NCBI GenBank assembly: GCA_963713825.1
Contig: CAVQNG010000014.1
Location: 1-64,000 of the forward strand
Origin: an uncultured Acidobacteriota bacterium
GTDB taxonomy: Bacteria; Acidobacteriota; Thermoanaerobaculia; Multivoradales; JAHEKO01
Length of the DNA stretch: 64,000 nt
Reading direction: 5' to 3'
Below are positions 27,562-37,302 of this stretch, one piece after another. The position numbers were made by a program, and so were the translations under genes. Each line of letters opens with the position of its first letter. The first letter of the stretch is position 1. The notes beneath the pieces are model-generated. The model did not search any database. It was not told where the DNA came from and was given only the letters and a program-made list of their open reading frames with translations.

Positions 27562-29961
27562 TCAACCGTCGGACTGGATCTGTTGTGCTTCCGCTAGCGC
27601 TTGGTTGGCTTCGCGGGGGCGGCCGGTGCGATTTAGGATGTCGGCGAGAAGGAAGTAGCCGAGGGGCCCGGAGCGATGCTTTGGGTCGGCCGCCAGGCCC
27701 TGCCGAGTCAGGTCTTCGGCTCGGGCGAGATCGTCGCCCTGGTCCATGAGCAGCTTCGCCAGGTAGAAGTAGCCTCGAGCGAATTCGGGATTCGAAGCGA
27801 TCGCCGCTTCCCACATCTCCACCTGGCGGCCTCCATCACCCATTCCGCCATAGAGACGCCCGAGATTGAACTGTGCCTGGAAGTGGTCCGGTGCCTGCTC
27901 GATGACTTCCTCGTAAAGGGTCACGGCACGGCGCAGGTCGCCTCCCTCTTCGAGGAGCACCGCGAGATTGAACTTGGCTGGCGCCATGTCGGGTTTTGCG
28001 GCGATAGCTTTCTCGAAGGCCGCAAGAGCCTCGCTCGTTCTGTCCTCGAGAGTCAGGAGCTCTCCGAGCTGATTGAGAAGAACCGGCGCTGGTTCGTCTG
28101 TTTCGGTGGTCGCTTGAAGGAGCTCGATCGCCTCTGGACGTCTCTCGAGCTCGATCAGAATCTCGACAGTGCCGAGAGTCGCCATGGTGTCCCCGGGCTC
28201 CAAAGCGAGGACCTGCTGGAAGCCGAGAAGAGCCTCTTCGGCCATATCCAACTGACGATAGGCGTGAGCGAGACCCCGGATCGAGGTGATGTGGTCGTCT
28301 CGAACTTCAAGAGCTCCCCTGAAATGTTCGACAGCCTCCTCGTAGCTCTCTTCCTGTACTGCGATGGAGCCGAGCATTTGATGGGCATCGACGACTGAGG
28401 GGTCGGTGGAGAGAACTTCCTCCAATTTCTGCTTCGCCTCTTGCGTCTTCTCCTTGCCCAGGTCGCTCTGGGCCGACATGACGAGTTGGTGCAAGCCGAT
28501 GCGCTCCTTGGGATCGGTTCTGTCCCAGGCGTTCTCTTCGTCGACGTCGATCCCTCCACTTCCCGCCATGTAGCCGAGGGCTCGTAGCTGGAGCAGGGTC
28601 TCCTCATCGAGCTCGGCGGGCTCTACGGCAGCCGGTTCGTCACTCTTCAACTGCTCGACCATCAAATCGAGCTGGTCTTTGAGCTCCCGAGACATGCGTC
28701 GTTCCTCGAGCAGGATGTTGCTCTGCTCCAGAGGGTCGGCTGCCAGATCGTAGAGCTCGGGCTGTGGGGAGTCGATGAACTTGTACTGCCCTTTCCTGAG
28801 ACTCCGCAGCGGTGCCCAGCCGTAGTGGAGAAGGGGATACATCGATTCGGTGTAGATGGCTGACTCGAACTCGTCTACCGTCGTACCCTGGAGCAGAGGC
28901 ACTAGCGATTGGCCCTGCGCCTCTTCAGGGATCGGTTGGCCCACGATCTCGAGGATCGTCGGCATCAGATCGACATGACTCACGGCCTCATCCACGACCC
29001 GACCGGCGCCTTCCTGGCCGGGCAGTCGGATCATCAGCGGCACATGGACAGTGCTGTCATAGATGAAGAAGCCGTGGAATCCCTCGCGATGCTGACCGAG
29101 TCCCTCCCCATGGTCGGCAGTGAGGATCAGCAAGGAGCTGTCGAGAAGGCCGCGCTCTTCGAGAGCAGAGCGAAACTCGCCGATCAGGAAATCGGTGTAG
29201 GCGACCTCACCTTCGTAGGGGCGGTTCGGATACTGCGAACGATAGGGCTCGATCGGCTCATAGGGGTCGTGGGCGTCGTACAAGTGCAGCCAGAGGAATA
29301 GGGGCTGCTCGGGGCTAGAGTCCAACCAGCGAACGGCCTCCGCGATGGTGTCGGCGCCGTCCCTTTGAACGGACCCCAGGTTGGCGGACTCGTTCTCCTT
29401 CAGGTCGAACTCGTCGAAGTAGGTGCCGAAGCCGCGGCCGATGCCCCAACGGGCGTCGAGAACGAATGCGCTGACGAAACCCGCGGTGGATCGACCACCC
29501 GCGGACATCTCCTCCGCAAGAGTCGGCAACGAGCTCCCCAGCACGTACCCGACGTTCTCCCGAACTCCATGCTGAGGCGGATAGCTGCCCGTCATGATGG
29601 AGCTGTGCGCCGGCAGGGTAAACGGCACAGTACTCGCCGCGTTGGTGAAGAGGATGCCCTCGGACGCCAATCGATCCATGTTGGGTGTTGCGACCCTGTC
29701 GGAACCGTAGGCACCGATCCGATCGGCTCGCAGGGTATCCACGGTGATGAGAATGACGTTCAGCTCGGTCGTCGCGACGGCGGAAAGAAGGCTGGCGTCC
29801 TGGTGAGGTGCCTCCTGTCGCCTGCGCTCGCCCCGCATCGACAGAAAGATGGCGACAACAGCTGCGACGACCGCGAGTGCGATGATGGCTGTAACCGCCT
29901 TGGAGCGGATCTGCGCACTGCCGTTCCTGCTCTTCGAGCGCCTCTGGGCTTGGTTGGTCAT
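27562..29961 (-). CDS. Membrane-anchored sulfatase-like hydrolase with C-terminal TPRs
   Basis: N-terminal TM, LITVDTLRADR, TLPAHSSIMTG, HLYDAHDPY, ADHGEGLGQH, then multiple TPRs. Confidence 0.88.
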   Translation of the reverse strand: MTNQAQRRSKSRNGSAQIRSKAVTAIIALAVVAAVVAIFLSMRGERRRQEAPHQDASLLSAVATTELNVILITVDTLRADRIGAYGSDRVATPNMDRLASEGILFTNAASTVPFTLPAHSSIMTGSYPPQHGVRENVGYVLGSSLPTLAEEMSAGGRSTAGFVSAFVLDARWGIGRGFGTYFDEFDLKENESANLGSVQRDGADTIAEAVRWLDSSPEQPLFLWLHLYDAHDPYEPIEPYRSQYPNRPYEGEVAYTDFLIGEFRSALEERGLLDSSLLILTADHGEGLGQHREGFHGFFIYDSTVHVPLMIRLPGQEGAGRVVDEAVSHVDLMPTILEIVGQPIPEEAQGQSLVPLLQGTTVDEFESAIYTESMYPLLHYGWAPLRSLRKGQYKFIDSPQPELYDLAADPLEQSNILLEERRMSRELKDQLDLMVEQLKSDEPAAVEPAELDEETLLQLRALGYMAGSGGIDVDEENAWDRTDPKERIGLHQLVMSAQSDLGKEKTQEAKQKLEEVLSTDPSVVDAHQMLGSIAVQEESYEEAVEHFRGALEVRDDHITSIRGLAHAYRQLDMAEEALLGFQQVLALEPGDTMATLGTVEILIELERRPEAIELLQATTETDEPAPVLLNQLGELLTLEDRTSEALAAFEKAIAAKPDMAPAKFNLAVLLEEGGDLRRAVTLYEEVIEQAPDHFQAQFNLGRLYGGMGDGGRQVEMWEAAIASNPEFARGYFYLAKLLMDQGDDLARAEDLTRQGLAADPKHRSGPLGYFLLADILNRTGRPREANQALAEAQQIQSDG

Positions 29962-30066
29962 AGTCTTACGGGTCGAGTTGCAAGCAGGTATCCTACTGCA
30001 GCGATCGTCTGTGCAAGGCAAGGTATTCGTTCTGGCTAGAAGCACCAACAGCGAAGGGGTCGCTCA

Positions 30067-32556
30067 GTGACAGAAGCGCCGCTAACCTTGAATGTGTGGT
30101 TCAGCTCACGATGGAGGATTCGAACGAATCTTCGTTACTTGGTCATCTTCGCTGCGTGCTTGATACCTGCCATGCCCGTGGTGGTCGAGTCCGCAGTCAC
30201 CGTTCTGGATGACGGTGACGTCCTGATCGATGGTGCCTATTCTCTGATTCTCGGCCGAACCTCCCGTCCTTTCTGCGACCTCTACGACTATCCGACGGCC
30301 AACGCTCTGGGCAGCATCGTCGCCTTCTGGCCCAGCGAGGGTGCCGAGCAGAACTCCATCATGGCCGGCTCACCGGTCATCAGGTTCGATGGGCGGCTGC
30401 ACTACCTTGTCTACTCGTCGGTGGAAGTGGAGGAACCCAGCAGAGGCGATGAACGCCTGCTAGTCCATGCTGAAGCGAGCTTCGACGGCAAGGGCCCGGC
30501 ATTGTTGTTGAAGATCGACACCACCTATACCCTGCCCGCGGCAAGCGGCGTAGTCGAAATCACCTCTACTCTGACCAACACCGGAGAAGAAGATCTGCAG
30601 GGACTGGTCTTCGCGCTCTTCTTCGACGGCGATCAGGTCTATCCCTACGAGGACCTTCACGCCAATCTCCAGTTCCACCTGGCTCCGAAGTCGGACCATT
30701 ACGTGGCTTGGGTGGATCGCAACCGGCTGGAGGAGGGTGAGCCAGTGGCTGTCGATCTCGCGCCAGGGGAGTCGCACGAGATTCGGTACGCGCTCGTGAC
30801 GGATCGCGATAGCGAGAATCTAATGCGCCAGGTCTTCGCCGCTCTGGAGACGGAAGCAGAGTCGGTCGCTTTCAGGTTTGAGAATCTCGGACCGGGGCCA
30901 TTCGAAGTCATCGTCAGGGACCTGGTGGGCGACTTTGTGATCTTTCGCAACTTTCTCGCGGACTCTTCGCCGCTCCACCTGATGCTGCCGCCCGGGCAGT
31001 ACTCGGTCACCGGTAACTTCTTTCCTGCCGTCGTCCGGAATGAGGTGTCGGTAGTCGCCGGCAGGGCTGCGGAATACACCCTCGTCAATCCATCCCGTGG
31101 CCGGGTACGTGTCGCAGTGAGAGACCAGACAGGCGCACCTCTTCCCGGCAAGGTGACCTTCATCGGTCTGGGAGAAACGCCCTCCCCGTACTTCCAGCCC
31201 CACGATCCGGTGCGTAGCGGCCGCTCCTGGGAGGAGGTCAAGAACTCGGTCCATCCCGCCTTGTCCCAGCTCGATGTGGAGCTGCCGGTGGGCGACTATC
31301 TCGTCTCCGCCTCTCGCGGTCCCGAGTACTCGGCCCAGCAGGTCGAGGTTGAAGTCGCGAAGGGCAGGCTGCAGGAGCTCGACTTCGAGCTCGAGAGGGT
31401 GGTGGAAACTGAAGGGCTAGTCGCTGTCGATCCTCACATGCACACGCTGCGCTCGGACGGTACCGTAAACGAACGAGAGCGGGTCCTGTCGCTCGTCGGT
31501 GAGGGGGTCGAGGTGGCTGTTGCTTCGGACCACTTCTACCGCAACGACTACACCCCGGAGATCGAGGCCCTCGAGCTCGAGAACTACCTGAAAGTGATTC
31601 CGGGCTCGGAAATCAGCATCCGTGATTCCCGCGACCACGAGTACATTCTGGACTTCAACCTCTACCCGCTGGGACCCGATGAAGGTGGGTGGGAGGCGGC
31701 GGCGACTCTGTCGGAAGAGGTGGCTCCGGTCTTCGAAGCGACCCGCCGGCGTTACCCAGACGCCCTGATCCAGCTCAACCACCCCCGGAACTCCTCCTGG
31801 GACTACTTCGTCTCCTATCAGCTCGACCCCGAGAGCGCGGCCACGGCTCGCGCTGGCTTCTGGACCGGCTTCGACGTTCTGGAAGTCTTGAACGGTCCTT
31901 CCCCTCTGTTCAACAACAACGTGGCCACAATCAGGGATTGGCTGAATCTCCTTTCACGAGGCTTCCTCATTCCGGCGGTGGCTTCGTCGGACTCCCACCA
32001 GATCGATAGCGAAGAGCCTGGATACTCGCGAACCTACGTCTATGTTGCCGACCAGGAGATCGGGAAACTGGAGATCGTGACGGTGATCGAGGCATTGAAG
32101 GAGGGACGCTCCTTCGTGACCAACGGGCCGATCGTCGAATTGATGGTGGACGATCGGTATCGTCCAGGTGACTTGCTTTCCTCCCAGAGCGGCGAGGTGG
32201 AGCTGGCGATCGAAGTGCGGACTGCTCCGTGGGTCACAGTCGATGAGGCCAGGGTCCTCGTCAACGGCTCGGTGGAGCGAGTCCTCGAGATTGAAGGCGA
32301 CGCCGGATCGAACCAAGCGCTTCAGGAGAGGGTGAAACTGAAACTGGAACGGGATGCGTTCGTCCTTGTCGAAGTGGTTGGGAACAAGAGTCTATATCCA
32401 GTAGTGCAGGCGAGATCCCTCGCCCCTGATGGCTCCTCGAGAGAGGTGACACCGTACGCTCTGACCAATCCGGTTTTTGTCGATGTCGACGGCAACAGTC
32501 GATTCGACGCCCCGCTCCCCAGGCAGATTCGATCGCTCCTGGACGCAGCCGAGTAG
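30067..32556 (+). CDS. CehA/McbA-family PHP-domain metallohydrolase, likely secreted
   Basis: DPHMHTLRSDG, ASDH, GSEIS, QLNHPR, ASSDSH, GRSFVTNGP, ALTNPVFVD; start uncertain. Confidence 0.8.
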   Translation: MTEAPLTLNVWFSSRWRIRTNLRYLVIFAACLIPAMPVVVESAVTVLDDGDVLIDGAYSLILGRTSRPFCDLYDYPTANALGSIVAFWPSEGAEQNSIMAGSPVIRFDGRLHYLVYSSVEVEEPSRGDERLLVHAEASFDGKGPALLLKIDTTYTLPAASGVVEITSTLTNTGEEDLQGLVFALFFDGDQVYPYEDLHANLQFHLAPKSDHYVAWVDRNRLEEGEPVAVDLAPGESHEIRYALVTDRDSENLMRQVFAALETEAESVAFRFENLGPGPFEVIVRDLVGDFVIFRNFLADSSPLHLMLPPGQYSVTGNFFPAVVRNEVSVVAGRAAEYTLVNPSRGRVRVAVRDQTGAPLPGKVTFIGLGETPSPYFQPHDPVRSGRSWEEVKNSVHPALSQLDVELPVGDYLVSASRGPEYSAQQVEVEVAKGRLQELDFELERVVETEGLVAVDPHMHTLRSDGTVNERERVLSLVGEGVEVAVASDHFYRNDYTPEIEALELENYLKVIPGSEISIRDSRDHEYILDFNLYPLGPDEGGWEAAATLSEEVAPVFEATRRRYPDALIQLNHPRNSSWDYFVSYQLDPESAATARAGFWTGFDVLEVLNGPSPLFNNNVATIRDWLNLLSRGFLIPAVASSDSHQIDSEEPGYSRTYVYVADQEIGKLEIVTVIEALKEGRSFVTNGPIVELMVDDRYRPGDLLSSQSGEVELAIEVRTAPWVTVDEARVLVNGSVERVLEIEGDAGSNQALQERVKLKLERDAFVLVEVVGNKSLYPVVQARSLAPDGSSREVTPYALTNPVFVDVDGNSRFDAPLPRQIRSLLDAAE

Positions 32557-32782
32557 AGCCGATCCGTTTCGTGGGGCAGGTGTTCGAACCCACCCTTTTG
32601 GGTAGGGACTTCTCCTACTTTCCTATATGAGCGGGTAGCTACCTACTGAGGTATTGCAGTCACTGTGCCTTTCGAATCAACCTAAACCGCAGTTGGCTCG
32701 ACAGGAGGAAGCGGTTGTCCATGAGGCAGCTCGACAGGTTCCGTAGCTTCGCGGAGCTCATCCGAACGGGGGAGGTGTAGCC

Positions 32783-35584
32783 ATGTGTAGACGTACAGTC
32801 CATGTCCTGGCGGTTTTTGGCGTGATCTTCGCACTGAGCCTGATGGCTGCAGCGCAGACAACCTCGGGCCGTCTCCGAGGAACGGTTCAAGATCCAGATG
32901 GCGTGCCCATGCCGGGAGTCACCGTCACCCTGTCGGGCGAGTCTCTGGGCGGTGCACCGCAGCTCGCCGTAACCGGTGAGTCAGGTGCGTTTCGCTACCC
33001 AGCTCTACCCCCCGGCACTTACAACATCATAGCGGAGATGGATGGGTTTCAAACCCAGAGCCTGGAGAATGTCCAGGTATCGTTAGGCGCAACGGCATCG
33101 GCGAACTTCGTACTCTATGCGGAGTTCGCGGAGGCTGTCACGGTCTCCAGTGAGGCGCCTTTGGTGGATGTCACCAGTTCCAGTGTAGGTACAAATTTCT
33201 CGCTCGAGACTCTGGAGCAGACCCCAACGACCCGCAATTTCTACGATCTCATGCAGGTCTCCCCAGGGTTGTCAAAGTCTACGGAAGAGTCGGATCGTAC
33301 GATCTCGTTCGGCTCGGATTCACAGTCGAACGCCTGGTACAACGACGGCGTCGAGACCACGGCTCCGGAGACCGGCAGCGGCTGGGTCGGCGCCAACCCC
33401 GACATGATCCAGGAGATCCAGATCATGGGCATCGGAGCGCCGGCCGAGTACGGCAATATGCTCGGAGCGGCTCTCAACGTGGTGACGAAGTCGGGCACCA
33501 ATCAATTCAAGGGTGGGGCCAACGCCTTCTGGTATAGCGATTCCCTCGTCGATTCGGATATCAACTTCACCGAGGCGGAGAACCCCGAATACGTCCAGTC
33601 GCAGGATTTCATCGATTTCACGGCAACGCTCGGTGGACCGATCAAGAAGGACCGCGCCTGGTTCTTCCTTGGCTATGAGTATTGGCGCGACGGCTATGCC
33701 ATGCCCGGTGAAGACCCGGACATGATTCCCGAGTGGTACACCGATCGCTACGACCTCAAGCTGAGTCTTCGGATCAACGACAAGAATCTCTTGGACTTCA
33801 AGGGTGCCTTGACCGATTGGGGTTATCCGGCGTCTCCGAACCAGTTCATATCGCCTTCGGCGTCTGCTGGCGAAGTTGGCGACGACACGATCTGGGGTCT
33901 GAGCTGGCAGTCGATCTTCAGCGACCGAACTTTCATGGAGGTGCGTTACTCGGGTTGGAAGAGCAACGATGACTTCCTCTCGAACACGGGGAGCACCGAG
34001 GCGGCGTTCATCGATTACAGCCCACCGGGGGGAGGACCTGCGACCTACAGCGGTGGAGTCTGGTGGCCCTGGACCTACGACACCTCGACCGATCAGGCCA
34101 GCATTGTGGTTTCTCACTTCGCCGACGACTTTCTGAAGGGGGACCACGATTTCAAGTTCGGTATCCAGGCGAACTCGGGTGAAGCCAAGACCCTGACGAC
34201 TCCTTCGTCGACTGGCTCCTATTACTACCGCTATACCTACAACTACGATTACTACGGCACGATCTATCCCTACGACTACTACTACAAGGTGGATGGCTTA
34301 CCCTACTACTATGGCAACGAGCAGGACGCCTGGGCGCTATTTGTCGATGATTCCTGGGCTGTTTCAGATCGGTTGACTCTCAACCTGGGCCTGCGTTATG
34401 ACAATCTCCAGGGAAAGGTTCCGAGCTTTCCTAGCTTGAATCCGGATGGCAGCCCAAGTGGACAGACTATTCCGGGCGTCGACACCGTCGATTGGAGCAA
34501 CTGGTCACCCCGCCTCGGTTTCGCCTACAACGCGGGCGAGCAGCGCAAGATGGTGATCCGGGGTTCCGCTGGTGTCTACTACAACGGCAATGTGGGAGGG
34601 AACTGGAACAGTCCGCCACCCTTTGCTCCTGAATTGACCGCATACTGGGCATACTCGCCTGACGGTCCCTGGGATGAAGTTGCCTGGACCTGGGATTCGG
34701 GGCCCACGAGTGTCGATCCGAATCTGAAGGCACCAAAGACCTTGCAGTACTCGCTTGGCTTCGAGCAGGAATTCGGGAAGGCCTATTCTTGGGGTGCCAT
34801 GCTGGTCTACAAGGACACGACCAACAATATCGGATGGCGGATCCTAGACGATGGGGTCTATGACGAGATTCCGTTCACCGATCCCTACAATGGACGGGAG
34901 TACATCTTGTGGGACGTTGTGGATGATCAGTTTCCGACTGCAATCAAGGGCAATGGACCGGGAGTCACCTCGGCTGGAGTCAAGGACGACTACTGGGCGA
35001 AGTACTCGGGTATCGTGCTGACTTTCAATCGCCGGTTCACCGACTGGTGGGGTGTGACCGCTTCCTACACGTACTCGGAGTCGACCGGTTTGAATGCGAG
35101 ACCCTGGTCGCAGACCCAGAACAACCCCATGTACGGTAGCAAGATCGGATCCAACCCGAATCAGTACTTCAACTTGGACGGTGCAAACCTAACCGGAGAC
35201 CGTCCCAACATGTTGCGCGTTCTGGCGAATTTCACGCTACCGTGGGAGATGCGTGCAAGTACTGTGATCAATTTCCAGGACGGACGACCGTACTACCGGC
35301 AGATCTCGGGCAACTACTCAACGAACCGGACGGGCCAGGGGCGGTTCGTAGCAGATAGCTCGTTTCGACACGATTTCCAGTATCTGGTGGACTTCTCGAT
35401 CGGGAAGGACTTCAGGATTCCTGGCAATGGAAGATTGAAGCTCGATCTGCAATTCTTCAACCTCTTGAACAGCGCGGAGGTCGACTACTTCGAGACCACT
35501 CTGCTGGAGTATCCAGACGATTTTCGGCCGAACTGGTGGGTCAAGCCGCGGCGCTTGCAGCTGCACCTAGGTGTCGAGTGGTAG
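32783..35584 (+). CDS. TonB-dependent outer-membrane receptor with carboxypeptidase-regulatory-like N-domain (Oar-like)
   Basis: GGAGG RBS, signal peptide, GTVQDPDG..PGVTV, plug APAEYG..VVTKSGTNQF, LNLGLRYD, SPRLGFAY, C-terminal PRRLQLHLGVEW. Confidence 0.92.
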   Translation: MCRRTVHVLAVFGVIFALSLMAAAQTTSGRLRGTVQDPDGVPMPGVTVTLSGESLGGAPQLAVTGESGAFRYPALPPGTYNIIAEMDGFQTQSLENVQVSLGATASANFVLYAEFAEAVTVSSEAPLVDVTSSSVGTNFSLETLEQTPTTRNFYDLMQVSPGLSKSTEESDRTISFGSDSQSNAWYNDGVETTAPETGSGWVGANPDMIQEIQIMGIGAPAEYGNMLGAALNVVTKSGTNQFKGGANAFWYSDSLVDSDINFTEAENPEYVQSQDFIDFTATLGGPIKKDRAWFFLGYEYWRDGYAMPGEDPDMIPEWYTDRYDLKLSLRINDKNLLDFKGALTDWGYPASPNQFISPSASAGEVGDDTIWGLSWQSIFSDRTFMEVRYSGWKSNDDFLSNTGSTEAAFIDYSPPGGGPATYSGGVWWPWTYDTSTDQASIVVSHFADDFLKGDHDFKFGIQANSGEAKTLTTPSSTGSYYYRYTYNYDYYGTIYPYDYYYKVDGLPYYYGNEQDAWALFVDDSWAVSDRLTLNLGLRYDNLQGKVPSFPSLNPDGSPSGQTIPGVDTVDWSNWSPRLGFAYNAGEQRKMVIRGSAGVYYNGNVGGNWNSPPPFAPELTAYWAYSPDGPWDEVAWTWDSGPTSVDPNLKAPKTLQYSLGFEQEFGKAYSWGAMLVYKDTTNNIGWRILDDGVYDEIPFTDPYNGREYILWDVVDDQFPTAIKGNGPGVTSAGVKDDYWAKYSGIVLTFNRRFTDWWGVTASYTYSESTGLNARPWSQTQNNPMYGSKIGSNPNQYFNLDGANLTGDRPNMLRVLANFTLPWEMRASTVINFQDGRPYYRQISGNYSTNRTGQGRFVADSSFRHDFQYLVDFSIGKDFRIPGNGRLKLDLQFFNLLNSAEVDYFETTLLEYPDDFRPNWWVKPRRLQLHLGVEW

Positions 35585-35617
35585 CTCTGTAGACCTCGCA
35601 GTCTTTTCCGTATGATT

Positions 35618-35652
35618 CGGGCGGCGGGTTCTCTCGCCGCCCGTTCTTTTCT
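35618..35652 (+). terminator. Intrinsic terminator/attenuator after the TonB receptor
   Basis: CGGGCGGCG(G)...CGCCGCCCG hairpin followed by TTCTTTTCTT. Confidence 0.7.
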
Positions 35653-35687
35653 TGCAGTGACGACCGGCAAGTGGGGGAGGTAGATCC

Positions 35688-37259
35688 ATGACGGACACCG
35701 GAGGATTCAAGATCACCTACGCGACCTTGGCAGCGCCAGCCGAAGAGGTACATGAGGCCTTCGAGGCCGCCGCTCGCAACCTCGAGGGTGAGCTGGGCAA
35801 GACGCACCCGATCTGGTACGGCGGTGAGCCCTACTTGAGCGGCGAGGTCTTCGAGGATCGGTCACCGACCGATGGTCGAGTCGTGGTCGGCAGGTTCCAG
35901 AAATCGACGCCGAACCAGGTGGGTGACGCCATCGCGACCGCCTATCAGGCCTTCGGCGAGTGGAGCCGGATGCCCTGGCGTCGGCGCCTCGGGGTGCTGC
36001 GAGTGGCCGCCGAGAACATCAGCACCCACCGTTTCGAGCTGGCTGCCCTGATGAGTCTGGAAGTGGGAAAGAACCGCTTCGAGGCCCTGGCGGACGCCGA
36101 GGAGGCGGCGGATCTGCTGCGCTACTACTGCCAGCAGATGGAGGATGCGGAAGGGTTCGATCGACCCATGGGACAGTTGGCTCCGAACGAGAGTACGCGT
36201 GATGTTCTGCGACCCTACGGAGTCTGGGTTGTGGTTTCGCCCTTCAACTTTCCCGTTGCCCTGGCCGCCGGAATGGCTGCTGGGGCGCTGGTCGCTGGCA
36301 ACACCGTAGTTCTGAAGCCAGCTAGCGAAGCGCCTGCCAGTGCTCTCAAGCTCTACGAGATCATGGCCGAGGCGGGGCTGCCTGCAGGGGTGTTGAACTA
36401 CATCACCGGGAACGGCGCCGAGGTGGGTACTGCCTTGGTTGACGACCCCCGTGTTGCGGGTCTCGTATTCACGGGCTCGAAAGAAGTCGGCATGCAGATT
36501 TTCAAGCGGTTCAACGAAGATCGCGTGCGACCGTGCTTTCTCGAGATGGGAGGCAAGAATCCGACCATCGTGACGGCCAAGGCAGATCTGGAGAAGGCGG
36601 CTGAAGGGGTGGCTCGGTCCGCCTTCGGCTTCGGGGGGCAGAAGTGCAGCGCCTGCAGCCGCGTCTATGTCGTTCGGAGAGTGGCGGAGGATTTCAAGGA
36701 GCAGTTGCGAGAAAGAACGGCGGGGCTGGGGATCGGGGATCCCCTACGTCGTGAGAGTTTCCTGGGGCCAGTGATCAACCAAGCTGCGGTGCGCAAATTC
36801 GAGCAGGCCGTGGCCGAAGCCAGGCGCGATGGCGAGGTCTTGCTCGGTGGTGATGTCCTCGATGGGGAGGACTATAAGCACGGTTTCTTTGTCACCCCCA
36901 CCGTCGTGACCGGTCTACCGGAAGATCATCGGCTGGTTCGCGATGAGCTCTTCCTGCCGCTTCTTTACCTCGGCGAGGTCGACTCGCTCGAGCAAGGGAT
37001 CGAGTATTCGAACCGCAGCGAGTACGGCCTCACGGCCGGCATTTTCAGTGAAGATCTGCAGGAGGTCGAGACCTTCTTCGATTCGATCGAGTCCGGTGTG
37101 ACCTATGCGAATCGACGCAGCGGTGCGACGACGGGGGCCTGGCCTGGCGTCAACCCCTTTTGCGGCTGGAAATCCAGCGGCTCCACCGGCAAGGGAGTTT
37201 GCGGCCCCTACTATGTGTCACAGTTCCTGCGCGAGCAGAGTCGGACCCTCATGGAGTAG
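35688..37259 (+). CDS. NAD-dependent aldehyde dehydrogenase (P5C/P6C-dehydrogenase-like)
   Basis: SPFNFP, FTGSKEVG, LEMGGKNP, FGFGGQKCSACSR, ELFLP, PFCGWKSSG. Confidence 0.9.
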   Translation: MTDTGGFKITYATLAAPAEEVHEAFEAAARNLEGELGKTHPIWYGGEPYLSGEVFEDRSPTDGRVVVGRFQKSTPNQVGDAIATAYQAFGEWSRMPWRRRLGVLRVAAENISTHRFELAALMSLEVGKNRFEALADAEEAADLLRYYCQQMEDAEGFDRPMGQLAPNESTRDVLRPYGVWVVVSPFNFPVALAAGMAAGALVAGNTVVLKPASEAPASALKLYEIMAEAGLPAGVLNYITGNGAEVGTALVDDPRVAGLVFTGSKEVGMQIFKRFNEDRVRPCFLEMGGKNPTIVTAKADLEKAAEGVARSAFGFGGQKCSACSRVYVVRRVAEDFKEQLRERTAGLGIGDPLRRESFLGPVINQAAVRKFEQAVAEARRDGEVLLGGDVLDGEDYKHGFFVTPTVVTGLPEDHRLVRDELFLPLLYLGEVDSLEQGIEYSNRSEYGLTAGIFSEDLQEVETFFDSIESGVTYANRRSGATTGAWPGVNPFCGWKSSGSTGKGVCGPYYVSQFLREQSRTLME

Positions 37260-37302
37260 GGAATCGGTTCCTCTCCCTCTTCTCTGATTTGGAGACTGAA
37301 TC

